From Pyrobaculum sp. (GTDB taxonomy: Archaea; Thermoproteota; Thermoprotei; Thermoproteales; Thermoproteaceae): a DNA stretch of 64,000 nucleotides. Both the position numbers and the translations under genes were made by a program. The stretch covers positions 2,852 through 66,851 of the forward strand of contig JBEULK010000076.1 in assembly GCA_041287325.1 (NCBI GenBank). The letters are read 5' to 3'. Below the pieces are notes generated by a model. The model was given only the letters and a program-made list of their open reading frames with translations. It was not told the origin of the DNA and ran no database searches. Below are positions 1 through 8,857 of the stretch, piece after piece. The stretch's first letter is position 1. Each line of letters begins with the position of its first letter.

Positions 1-830
1 AGAGGTATGAGTTCGTCCCCCAAGAGCAGGTGGAGAAGTGGGCTAGGTATAGGCGTGAGGAGGTCGTTGATAGCATTAGACGGCTCCACTACTTGGGATT
101 GCTTAGGAGGAACCGCGCGGCGTATTTAGGCTGGAAAATAACTGTCTGGGGTTACGACGTCTTGGCCATACATACGCTTAGGGCGCAGAGAAAAGTAATA
201 AGGCTGTCGCCGACGCCTATTGGAGTCGGCAAGGAGTCTGTGGTATATGCAGGCGAGACGTCTTCCGGCGTTAAAGTCGCTGTGAAGTTTCACAGAGGCG
301 GAGTCTCTGCATTTCGATATGAAGAAGCCTTTAGACGTATAGTCAGGAAGTTTGAACATCTTCAAGAGGTGTACGAGACACGCCTAGCCGCCCTTGCGGA
401 GTTCTTTGCGCTGAAGAAAATTTTTGACGAGGGCGGTAACGTGCCTGAGCCTATTGCATACAACAGACACGTCGTGGTGATGGCGTATATCGACGGCGTC
501 GAGTTGTATAAATTCCAAGGAGATGTGAGGCCAATAGCCAGAGACGTGGTTAACACGATAAAGACGGCGCTTAGGCTTGGCATAATCCACGGCGACTTGT
601 CGCCTTACAACATCATAGCAGGCGTACGCGGCTACGTGATCGACTGGCCTCAGTGGATGCCAGTTGGCTACAACAACTGGGAGAAGCGTCTTAAAAGGGA
701 CATAGACAACATGGCGAGGTATTTTGAAAAGAAGGGGGTCGAGTTAGATTGGGAGGAGCTAGTTGGCGAGGCACGGCGCCGAGAAATAGGACGAGTGTTT
801 GTAGACGAGTTAAAAAAACAATTAACATAA
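1..830 (+). CDS. rio2: RIO-type serine protein kinase (Rio2-like), 5' end outside the window
   Basis: The frame of ORF 30..830 stays open back to nt 3 (..YEFVPQEQVEKW..). A winged-helix part (GYDVLAIHTL) is followed by the RIO kinase core (IGVGKESVVY, VAVKFHR, IIHGDLSPYNI, IDWPQ). Confidence 0.75.
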   Translation, partial: RYEFVPQEQVEKWARYRREEVVDSIRRLHYLGLLRRNRAAYLGWKITVWGYDVLAIHTLRAQRKVIRLSPTPIGVGKESVVYAGETSSGVKVAVKFHRGGVSAFRYEEAFRRIVRKFEHLQEVYETRLAALAEFFALKKIFDEGGNVPEPIAYNRHVVVMAYIDGVELYKFQGDVRPIARDVVNTIKTALRLGIIHGDLSPYNIIAGVRGYVIDWPQWMPVGYNNWEKRLKRDIDNMARYFEKKGVELDWEELVGEARRREIGRVFVDELKKQLT

Positions 831-848
831 TAAAGTCCATAATAATAC

Positions 849-2603
849 GTGGCTATTCTTGGCCTCGACGTGGCGCCGGGGGGCTTTGCCTATGCCGTAT
901 TAGAAAACAACGTGGTCGTGGAGAGGGGGGTCGCAGAGGTGCGCGACGTTTTACGTCTCTTTAAAAAGTATAAGTGTTCAGTTCTTGCAGTTGACAACGT
1001 AGGAGAGCTGTTTCAATACGGCAGGCTTGTAGTAAAGGCGTTGGGGAAGCTCCCGTACGTAGTCGACGTCGTGGAGGTGACCCGCGGGGGGGACGGCTAT
1101 AGATCTGTTGAGGAGTTAGTGAGAGAGCATTTTGGAGTAAATAAGGGCCGTCTAGACCCTCTGGAGACCGCCTCTTATTTGGCCATGCTGGCGTGGAGGG
1201 GCGTAGGCGCCTCGGTTAAGCTTTATGAAGAAGAGACAGTGGTGTTGGTACACCGCCGGATATCCACTACGCCAGGGGGCATGAGTAGAAATAGGTATAT
1301 GCGCAACATATCGCTTAGAATCAAGGACATGGCTTCGAAGATTGAAAACAAGCTTAAAGAGGCGAGGCTTGACTACGACTTGTTTATCAAAGAAGAGTCA
1401 GGGGAGATAACCTCCGCCAAGTTTGTGGTATATGCAAGCAGAGAGGTGGTGAGGCGATACGTGAAGCCGCTTAGAAGCATAGACGTGGCTGTGTCTATAT
1501 ACTCCACTCCCGCAAAGGCGAGAGGCGCCCCGGCGCATTCTAAGTTTTTAATTGTCGGAGTGGACCCAGGCGTCGTGACTGGGCTGGCGATTATCACCCT
1601 TGATGGCGAGGTCTTAGACACCGTGGCTAGGCGGAGTTTTTCAAGAGGAGACTTGGTTAGATACGTGAGCCAGTGGGGCGTGCCCATACTAGTGGCAACA
1701 GACGTGAGCGAGCCGCCGGAGTATGTAAAAAAACTAGCGGCTATGAGCGGGGCGGCGTTGTACGTGCCAGAGCGGGACCTCACAACAGAAGACAAGACTC
1801 AGCTTGTGGAGAGGGCTGGCTGGGCCGCCAAGTCGACGCACGAGAGAGACGCCTTGGCGGCTGCCTACAAGGCGTATCTGGAGTACAAGCCCAAATTCGA
1901 AAAAATCGAGAAAGAATTCGGCGGGATTTTAAAGCCCGACCAGCTGGAGTACGCCAAGTCGCTTGTTGTACGCGGCTACTCCATAGCACACGCTGTCTCC
2001 GAGGCGCTGAAGAAGAAAGAGTCGAGGGAGACGAAAGTGGTGTACATCACCGTGGAGAAGCCCTGTGCGCCCGTAAACGAGGAGGTGAAGTCGAGAATAA
2101 AGGCCTTGGAGTACGAAAACACGCAACTGCAAAAAGAACTAGAAGAGGTTAAGAGAGAGTACTTGAGGTTGCAGAGACTTGTGGAAGACGAAAGGTGGAA
2201 AGACTTGAAATACAGAGAGCTTCAAAGTAGAGTAGAGACGCTGGCGAGGCTAGTGGCTGAGAAGGAGGAGGAAATTGCAAGGCTTAAGAAACTAGTACTA
2301 GACATATTGACAAACTACGGCTCTAAGTATAAGTTGCTACATGTTTCAGAGGCCTTGGAGTGTAAAGGAGACGAGCCCGCGGGCACTATTTGTAAAAACG
2401 TGGAAACTATAGACGAGGCCGTTGCCAAGAAGACGTTGGGAGTGCCTCTAAAACTAGTCTCTGTGTTATCCATAGACGACTTCTACATAATAGACGTGGA
2501 CAAGGTACAGAGTCTAGTGAGGGAGATAAAAAATAGGCTAGACGCAACGAAGGGGGTTGACTTAAAGAAGATTTTACAACAGTACAGAAGAGGCTTAGTA
2601 TAA
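849..2603 (+). CDS. DUF460/COG2433-like archaeal protein (RNase-H-fold domains plus C-terminal coiled coil)
   Basis: 584 aa. Two RuvC/YqgF-like segments (ILGLDVAPGG.., IVGVDPGVVTGLAI, ERDALAAA) are followed by a long heptad-rich region (LQKELEEVKREYLRLQRL..). The family name is from memory. Confidence 0.55.
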   Translation: MAILGLDVAPGGFAYAVLENNVVVERGVAEVRDVLRLFKKYKCSVLAVDNVGELFQYGRLVVKALGKLPYVVDVVEVTRGGDGYRSVEELVREHFGVNKGRLDPLETASYLAMLAWRGVGASVKLYEEETVVLVHRRISTTPGGMSRNRYMRNISLRIKDMASKIENKLKEARLDYDLFIKEESGEITSAKFVVYASREVVRRYVKPLRSIDVAVSIYSTPAKARGAPAHSKFLIVGVDPGVVTGLAIITLDGEVLDTVARRSFSRGDLVRYVSQWGVPILVATDVSEPPEYVKKLAAMSGAALYVPERDLTTEDKTQLVERAGWAAKSTHERDALAAAYKAYLEYKPKFEKIEKEFGGILKPDQLEYAKSLVVRGYSIAHAVSEALKKKESRETKVVYITVEKPCAPVNEEVKSRIKALEYENTQLQKELEEVKREYLRLQRLVEDERWKDLKYRELQSRVETLARLVAEKEEEIARLKKLVLDILTNYGSKYKLLHVSEALECKGDEPAGTICKNVETIDEAVAKKTLGVPLKLVSVLSIDDFYIIDVDKVQSLVREIKNRLDATKGVDLKKILQQYRRGLV

Positions 2604-3803
2604 ACTCGCCTCGCCTCTTAAGATCAGCTCCGTTACCTGCGTAATCTTGTCCAACTCCTCCCTAGCTATGCCCTCCGCCTCGTTTCTCACCTCGCCGCCA
2701 ATTTGCTTGTTGCTGATTATTTCTATGTTAAGAATTTTCGGCTCGTTGATCGGCTTGCCGATCTGTGAGACGATCTCCACATAGACTTCCACTATGTCTC
2801 TCACCTCTTTGTATATTCTATCGGCTATTTTCTGAGCCACAACGTTGTAGATCTTACCGACGTGGCTAACTGGGTTTTTGCCAGCGGCTGCCTCAAGTGA
2901 CATGGACCTCATAGGAGTAATCAATCCGTTTGCCCTATTGCCTCTGCCCGTCATGCCGTCGTCGCCGTGCTCTGCAGAGGTGCCAGTCACGGTTAGGTAG
3001 AAGATGCCGTGCTCTGGCTTGTCGGCCGCGTTTATCACAACCTCTACGTTGTGCTCAGGCGCCACCTTGGCCGCCAAGTCTTCTACAGCTCTTTTCACCT
3101 CTTCTTTTACAGACAGGTAGTGAGACTTGTCTTTTACCAGTCTACTAATCATCGCGCTGGCTACTGTAAGCTTAACGTCCTTGCCTACCCTAACTCCCAT
3201 TACCTTTACGTCCTCGCCTACCTCAGGAAACTTCGACTTAAAATCCCTAGAGTTTAGCAACCTCTCAGTCTTATACACCAGCTCTTCTAAAGGAGTTAAC
3301 GGGGCGTAGCCCACGCCCACCGACGTGTCGTTTGCCAAGGGGACTGTCTTTACTCCAAGGTCGTATATTCCCACGAGATCTGCAGAGCCTTGCCCTATTC
3401 TGTAGTCTATAACTGTGTGGACGTCTGGGTCAAGGAAGCGAAAATGCTCTCGTAGCCAATCTCGCGCGGCTTTAACCACTATTGGACCTATGGGCACTCT
3501 CACCACGCCGTCTTTAGTCCTAACTTCGTACGTGGCCCTCCCTGAAACGAGAATATAAATAGGTTGAAGTAGCTCCCCCCCGCCGAACCTCGGCGCAGCT
3601 TGTCCGCCTACTACCAAAGTCTTGTCCACGTTGTGGTGGAGAATTACGCCAAAAGTGTCGAGGTAGTACTTAGACAAGTACCGGCTGACCCATTCAGAAA
3701 TCCCGTCGGCTACGTAATCCGGGTGGCCCTGGCCTTTTCGTTCTACTATCTCGACAAGCCTCTTCGCCGTGGGGGTCTTATCTACTTTTTCTACTACTAT
3801 CAT
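2595..3803 (-). CDS. metK: archaeal S-adenosylmethionine synthetase
   Basis: 402 aa. Matches the archaeal MAT family along the full length ([28 protein letters not shown]). Confidence 0.93.
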   Translation of the reverse strand: MIVVEKVDKTPTAKRLVEIVERKGQGHPDYVADGISEWVSRYLSKYYLDTFGVILHHNVDKTLVVGGQAAPRFGGGELLQPIYILVSGRATYEVRTKDGVVRVPIGPIVVKAARDWLREHFRFLDPDVHTVIDYRIGQGSADLVGIYDLGVKTVPLANDTSVGVGYAPLTPLEELVYKTERLLNSRDFKSKFPEVGEDVKVMGVRVGKDVKLTVASAMISRLVKDKSHYLSVKEEVKRAVEDLAAKVAPEHNVEVVINAADKPEHGIFYLTVTGTSAEHGDDGMTGRGNRANGLITPMRSMSLEAAAGKNPVSHVGKIYNVVAQKIADRIYKEVRDIVEVYVEIVSQIGKPINEPKILNIEIISNKQIGGEVRNEAEGIAREELDKITQVTELILRGEASLY

Positions 3804-4060
3804 GAAGTGACTTCAAAAGCAGATACATAAATAACTTGTGAGCCTCTTACCACAATCCTTCCGTATCGCGTTACAGGCTCGCCTGACTTGTCTAACTCCG
3901 CAGCGTCGTCAAGCACCAAGTTCATACAGCCGTCATACGCAGTCAAAACCCCCTTAATGGCCACCCCGCCCTTCAACCTAGCCACCACTTCTTTATTCAA
4001 CATTTTAGTCAACACCTTAATTGGCGATGGTAGCTTTGTTTGTTGAGGCGCTTTAGGCAT
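3800..4060 (-). CDS. Sm-like (LSm) RNA-binding protein
   Basis: 86 aa with Sm1/Sm2 motifs (VVARLKGGVAIKGVLTAYDGCMNLVLDDA ... IVVRGSQVIYV). Its stop overlaps the metK start (ATGA). Confidence 0.85.
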   Translation of the reverse strand: MPKAPQQTKLPSPIKVLTKMLNKEVVARLKGGVAIKGVLTAYDGCMNLVLDDAAELDKSGEPVTRYGRIVVRGSQVIYVSAFEVTS

Positions 4061-4090
4061 GGAAGACCTCGTACCCTCTACTATATAAAA

Positions 4091-4291
4091 TTAACCCCGT
4101 TTTTCGTAAACTAAGACGTCGTCAACCCACTCGACGTGGGCGAGGAGAGTTCTTCTACAACAATAACGAGTAACGCCGAGGCTGTCTAAAACCTCTCCCG
4201 GGTGCTCACCAGAAAGAACCCTCCTCTTAAAGGTCGCGTATAAATGTGCCAAAGGTTTCCCGCAAGTAAAACACCTAATTGGAATAATCAT
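4091..4291 (-). CDS. rpoN: DNA-directed RNA polymerase subunit N (Rpb10)
   Basis: 66 aa. [14 protein letters not shown]...YCCRR zinc-bundle signature. Confidence 0.9.
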   Translation of the reverse strand: MIIPIRCFTCGKPLAHLYATFKRRVLSGEHPGEVLDSLGVTRYCCRRTLLAHVEWVDDVLVYEKRG

Positions 4292-4722
4292 CTATACGCC
4301 TTCTGCCTCTTACTCCTCGCGTGTTTTATACCGGGCTTCTTTGGTTCAGTCCTGCGGGGATCTCCCTTTAGCATGTACGGGTCGTATTTCTCAAACAATT
4401 CCCGTATCTCTTGGCTCTGGAAATACGCAACAAGCCCCCTTGCAATGGCAATTCTCACCGCCGCCGCCTGCCCCATATACCCCCCGCCTTCTACGTTTAC
4501 GTCAATATCGACTTTCTTTGCCAACTCCCCAGCCAACAAGAGAGGCTCATACATCTTCATCTTGGCCATTTCTATAGGCCACAGCTCTAAGGGATAGCCG
4601 TTAATCCTCACCCTGCCGACGCCGGGCCTTAACACGGCCCTCGCCACCGCCGTCTTCTTCTTACCTATTGCTATCACCACCCTCGGCGCCTCTTGTAGAA
4701 CGCTTGTGCCTCGCATCTCCAT
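4288..4722 (-). CDS. rps9: 30S ribosomal protein S9 (uS9)
   Basis: 144 aa. [26 protein letters not shown], basic C-terminus ..[12 protein letters not shown] overlap with rpoN. Confidence 0.9.
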   Translation of the reverse strand: MEMRGTSVLQEAPRVVIAIGKKKTAVARAVLRPGVGRVRINGYPLELWPIEMAKMKMYEPLLLAGELAKKVDIDVNVEGGGYMGQAAAVRIAIARGLVAYFQSQEIRELFEKYDPYMLKGDPRRTEPKKPGIKHARSKRQKAYR

Positions 4723-4724
4723 GG

Positions 4725-5282
4725 CTATCTACTAGCGGCCTGTTTTATTCTTTTACTCCACAACTCCTGTGCCAATTTCCACTGCCGCCAAGCCGCCTCG
4801 TCCACTTGCCGCCACACTTCTTCTAACGTCACAGCCTTAAGCAACGGCCTAAGCCTCAGCTTCGCCTGCGGCACCTCGTAGACAACCAGCCTCTTTCTTT
4901 CCAAGAACACCACTGGCACAGACATGTAAACCCTCAACCTCTTTAACGCGCTTCTACCAGCCTCCTGCTTCTTCGGAAGCATGCCTCTCACAATTCTCTT
5001 GAAAATTCTATCAGGCCTCCTAGGCACCTTAGGCCCCGCCTTCTTTGGATTGTAATGAGTCCTCCACTCGCTTATCTTCCTCTTTACCCACTCTACCACC
5101 ATCTTCCTGTCGCCAGTAATCACAGTCTTGTCCACATTTACCACAACTACGCGCAACCCGGGCCTTGCCATCAGGATCTTGGCAATGTAGGAGGCGAGCC
5201 TCCCAGCTACGTGACCTTCTGCGTCAATTACAACCTCACCCTTCTCTGGGAGGTTAGATAAGTCTAGGCTTTTCTTGATCAT
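4725..5282 (-). CDS. rpl13: 50S ribosomal protein L13 (uL13)
   Basis: 185 aa. VIDAEGHVAGRLASYIAK..VVVVNVDKTVITG. Conserved position between L18e and S9. Confidence 0.9.
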   Translation of the reverse strand: MIKKSLDLSNLPEKGEVVIDAEGHVAGRLASYIAKILMARPGLRVVVVNVDKTVITGDRKMVVEWVKRKISEWRTHYNPKKAGPKVPRRPDRIFKRIVRGMLPKKQEAGRSALKRLRVYMSVPVVFLERKRLVVYEVPQAKLRLRPLLKAVTLEEVWRQVDEAAWRQWKLAQELWSKRIKQAASR

Positions 5283-5647
5283 ATCACTACCTTCACCCCG
5301 CTTCCTTTTGGATATCTTCTTACCAGCTCTGGAATAGTCAACACCTCGCCGCCTGCCTCTAACACCTTGGCCACGGCCTTAGGAGAGGCGTTGACTGCGG
5401 CCACGACAACCTTCTTCTTCAACTCACCGCCTCCAAGTAGCTTGCCGGGCACAATAGCCACGTCACCGTCGTTTAAAACTCTATTCAACTTGCCCACGTT
5501 AACTACCACCCGGCTCCTTCTCGGCCTTTCTACTAGCTCGGCGACGGCCTTCCAAATATTAGCAGAATTAGCGCCTGCCGCCTTTCTCAGAAATCTAGTT
5601 AACATCCTAAGCTGTCTATTAGTGGGCCCAGTGGGGTTAGGAGGCAT
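5279..5647 (-). CDS. rpl18e: 50S ribosomal protein L18e (eL18)
   Basis: 122 aa. Typical L18e layout (..RPRRSRVVVNVGKLN.., GKLLGGGEL). Sits in the rpoD-L18e-L13-S9-rpoN operon context. Confidence 0.85.
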   Translation of the reverse strand: MPPNPTGPTNRQLRMLTRFLRKAAGANSANIWKAVAELVERPRRSRVVVNVGKLNRVLNDGDVAIVPGKLLGGGELKKKVVVAAVNASPKAVAKVLEAGGEVLTIPELVRRYPKGSGVKVVI

Positions 5648-5672
5648 ACCGCCACTCCGAGATGTATAATAT

Positions 5673-6461
5673 TTAAACTTTTGCTTCTCTCAAAGCCTCT
5701 GCCTTTCTCTGCAACGTCTCCGTAAAATCGGCGAACTTCTTCTTTAGTATTCTAAAGGCCTCTCTTAGAGCAGTATCAACATCGTAATTGCCAAAGGATT
5801 CAACCCAGAATACGAACTTGTTCTTCTCCCACGACACATCGACACCATCGCCGCACAAGTCTTTACACGTCCACGCCTTGTTGAAAGTACATTCCAGCGG
5901 GTCCTCAAGATTTTTGCACACCTCCTTACAAGCCTCTCTACAAGACCCGTCTTTAACCACCACCTTCGGGTAGTAGTAATAACTAGCCGTTGCGGCCTGC
6001 CACTTCGCGTGATCTCTTGCCCGTCCTAGTTTTGCATACGCCTCCAACACGACGCCCTGCCCTTTTACTAACTTCACAATAGGCATGTCTTTATACACAG
6101 GTGCGACGTCGGGTCTGTCAGAGACTAAGTCGCCTGAGTACACCACTACATCGCTGTCGGCGGTTACTTGAAGCATAAGGCGCACTGTACACTCAGAAGG
6201 GTCTGCAAGCCCAGACTCACAGTCCTCAATAGGGGGGAGGTCTTTGAGTGGGGTGATAAGCGGCACAAGACCAAGTCTTTGTGAAAGCATCTCGTCGTAC
6301 ATAACCGACATGTTGCTGACAACTACGACGTAGTCAATCGCCATTACGGGAAGTTCTGAAATCACAACACGCCTGAGAGAGTTGATAAGAGAAGGGGGCA
6401 CGTCTTCTATAACAGCTTTTAGAAAAAGCGCACTCTTTTCGACGACCGACGCCTTAGGCAT
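5673..6461 (-). CDS. rpoD: DNA-directed RNA polymerase subunit D (Rpb3-like) with Cys-rich insert
   Basis: 262 aa. SLINSLRRVVISELPVMAID, plus a cysteine-rich domain-3 insert (CREACKEVC..C..C..C) typical of crenarchaeal RpoD. Confidence 0.9.
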   Translation of the reverse strand: MPKASVVEKSALFLKAVIEDVPPSLINSLRRVVISELPVMAIDYVVVVSNMSVMYDEMLSQRLGLVPLITPLKDLPPIEDCESGLADPSECTVRLMLQVTADSDVVVYSGDLVSDRPDVAPVYKDMPIVKLVKGQGVVLEAYAKLGRARDHAKWQAATASYYYYPKVVVKDGSCREACKEVCKNLEDPLECTFNKAWTCKDLCGDGVDVSWEKNKFVFWVESFGNYDVDTALREAFRILKKKFADFTETLQRKAEALREAKV

Positions 6462-6917
6462 TTACCTCGTGGGCTTCTGTTTTTTACCACGCCAGATGGC
6501 CCATAGAGAAACTCCATTTACCTTAACTACCTTAAAACGCACGCCGGGGATATCGCCAAGAGATTTGCCTTCGGGCCCGCCGATGCGCTCGATAATTACT
6601 TCGTCGTGTTCATTGATGTAGTTCAGCCCGCCGTCGTACGGGACGAAGGCTGTCACAACTTTCCCGTTCTTCACAAGCTGTACTCTTACACACTTCCGCA
6701 CGGCCGCGTTGGGCTTCCGCGCCTCCACGCCGACTTTCTCTAACACTATGCCCCTAGCCATGGGAGCCCCCTCTAGGGGGTCGTACTTCTCTACAAGTCC
6801 TAGCATCTTACGCTTATAAGTCACGTCGTTCCACCTAAACTTCTGCCTCTTCTTCTTGAGCTTACCACCTGCAAACAGCCCATACGGAGATTTTTTTCCA
6901 GGCACAGCCTCCCCCAA
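6462..6917 (-). CDS. rps12: 30S ribosomal protein S12 (uS12)
   Basis: 151 aa. [28 protein letters not shown]. Apparent TTG start. Its stop abuts the rpoD start with no gap. Confidence 0.93.
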   Translation of the reverse strand: MGEAVPGKKSPYGLFAGGKLKKKRQKFRWNDVTYKRKMLGLVEKYDPLEGAPMARGIVLEKVGVEARKPNAAVRKCVRVQLVKNGKVVTAFVPYDGGLNYINEHDEVIIERIGGPEGKSLGDIPGVRFKVVKVNGVSLWAIWRGKKQKPTR

Positions 6918-6936
6918 TCAGACGGTTAATAAATTT

Positions 6937-7371
6937 TCATGCTAGTACAATCTTCTCAATATCGTAATAACGCTTGGCTAGTAACCGAGCCCTCGCTATA
7001 TTCCTCCCGTTCTTGCCAATGGCAACACCCTTATCCTCCGGCGCCACTGTCGTGATAGCCACCTTAGACCCTGAAGGCGCCTTTGTGATTTTGACGACAA
7101 TCACCTTGGCGGGGTATAGGCTGTTTTTAATTAACTCCTCTGGCGTGTCGCCTGCCTCTACAATTTCCACATCTTTTCCAACAATTTGTCTTAACATCTT
7201 GACGTTTGAGCCGCCCTTGCCCACGGCAATGGCGGCTTGGCTTCTTTGCACTATAAAAATTATACGTGAATAGTCGTTGTCTATCACCACGTCAACCGGC
7301 GTTACTCCAGTAATGCTTTCAAAAAGAGTGGCGTACCTAATCTCTTCCTCTGTGAGCCGTATATCAGGCAT
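6937..7371 (-). CDS. nusA: archaeal NusA-like KH-domain transcription factor
   Basis: 144 aa with two KH GxxG motifs ([17 protein letters not shown]). Sits in the conserved slot between L30e and S12. Confidence 0.85.
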   Translation of the reverse strand: MPDIRLTEEEIRYATLFESITGVTPVDVVIDNDYSRIIFIVQRSQAAIAVGKGGSNVKMLRQIVGKDVEIVEAGDTPEELIKNSLYPAKVIVVKITKAPSGSKVAITTVAPEDKGVAIGKNGRNIARARLLAKRYYDIEKIVLA

Positions 7372-7669
7372 GTTCTACTAATCTCAAAATCTCGCTTTGT
7401 CCAGGGTCTACCACTGCCAACGCCATTATTTTATGTGGGCGCTTAGCGGCAGTTCCCAACTCTATGCTTGAGCCAGGGAATATAAAAATGGGGATGTTGG
7501 CAAGCTTGGCGTAGTACTCAATGTCGTCTCTAGCCCACTTGGGGGCGTTTGCTGCTAGTACGACAAGCTTGGGGGTCCCGGCTAAAATTGCCTTTTTTGT
7601 TTCTTCAAAGCCTATTACAACTTTTCCTGTGTTTATGGCTACTTGCAACTCTCTGCTTATATCCACCAC
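7364..7669 (-). CDS. rpl30e: 50S ribosomal protein L30e (eL30)
   Basis: 101 aa. L7Ae/L30e-fold signature ([27 protein letters not shown]). Lies downstream of rpoA2. Confidence 0.85.
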   Translation of the reverse strand: MVDISRELQVAINTGKVVIGFEETKKAILAGTPKLVVLAANAPKWARDDIEYYAKLANIPIFIFPGSSIELGTAAKRPHKIMALAVVDPGQSEILRLVEHA

Positions 7670-7708
7670 GCTGCGCAGTGGAATAAAACCTTTAAAAAAT
7701 TTACGCGA

Positions 7709-8857
7709 CTAGAATTGCATCAAGAGTTTTACAATCCCAGTCCCCACCGGGACGTACTTTCCCGCGATAATAGTCTCAACCACGCCTTTGAACTGCTCTT
7801 CTTCCCCCCTAACTGCAGCTTCTATAAGAGTATTAACAGTGACTTCAAACGCCGCCCTAGCAAGAGGCGACTCCTTAGCGCCGACTACTCCGTGGCGTCC
7901 TACGGGTCTCAGTTTGCCAGACCAAGTCATGGCGTCTGCGACTAAGTACATGTGTCTAATATCAACATCAAGGCCTTGTTCGTCAAGCACGCGTTTAATC
8001 TCTTGAGCCACCAGCGTCCTGGCGGCCTCTATGCCGAGTACTTCTTCTACTTCGTGTAGATCATTGCTGTAAGTCCTTGTCGCGTCTACCTCTGCCAATT
8101 GCAACACCGCCTCTAAGTTCGTCCCCTCTGTGACGACATACCACTCTCCCCCCTTTGAGTCGTATTGAAGAACTACTTTCCTCACCCCCTTTATGCCAGA
8201 GATTTTAATCTGCAAAATCTTGTCACGGACCTTTTTAATTTTTAAAATATCAGGCGTCGTGAGGTTAATAGTTATGGTGTAGCCTTTCATAGACATCGAC
8301 ATGTCCTTTCCCTTTGTCTTGTTTACTATCTTCTCCACGTCTTTAGCAGAGAGGCCTCTGTATTTCAACTGCTCTTGATCTAAGATTATTGTAATAGAGC
8401 CAGTGACGTAGTCCACATCTACCTCCTTAGTTAACATTTCCAGAGTCACTTGTTGTATCTTTTTTGCCACTTGCTCCGCCGCCTCTCTACTCTTATTATA
8501 AGGAGGCTTCAAGTATATAAACATCAAAGGAGTAGAGGGCCGCCTTCTCGCATCTACCACCTCGATAAGTCTTGGCAGACCCTTAGCCATGGAGAACTCC
8601 CTCAGACCGGCGTAGTGGAACGAACGCAGGATCATCTGTGTACCAGGCTCTCCGATGGACTGAGCCGTTACTATGCCTATCGCCTCGCCTGGGTCTATAA
8701 TAGACGTGATATACAGTTTTAACACTCTGTGAATAAGGCGTAGCGCCTTTTCGTCGTCTAGCTCCTTAACGGCGTTTTCAAGTTCATTATAAAGCGGCTT
8801 AGGCAAGACGCGTTCTACTCTTGCCAAGAGGTCTTGTTTAGAAATCATCTTATCCAT
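7709..8857 (-). CDS. rpoA2: DNA-directed RNA polymerase subunit A''
   Basis: 382 aa. GEAIGIVTAQSIGEPGTQM (trigger-loop region) and a C-terminal ..GKYVPVGTG. Confidence 0.95.
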   Translation of the reverse strand: MDKMISKQDLLARVERVLPKPLYNELENAVKELDDEKALRLIHRVLKLYITSIIDPGEAIGIVTAQSIGEPGTQMILRSFHYAGLREFSMAKGLPRLIEVVDARRRPSTPLMFIYLKPPYNKSREAAEQVAKKIQQVTLEMLTKEVDVDYVTGSITIILDQEQLKYRGLSAKDVEKIVNKTKGKDMSMSMKGYTITINLTTPDILKIKKVRDKILQIKISGIKGVRKVVLQYDSKGGEWYVVTEGTNLEAVLQLAEVDATRTYSNDLHEVEEVLGIEAARTLVAQEIKRVLDEQGLDVDIRHMYLVADAMTWSGKLRPVGRHGVVGAKESPLARAAFEVTVNTLIEAAVRGEEEQFKGVVETIIAGKYVPVGTGIVKLLMQF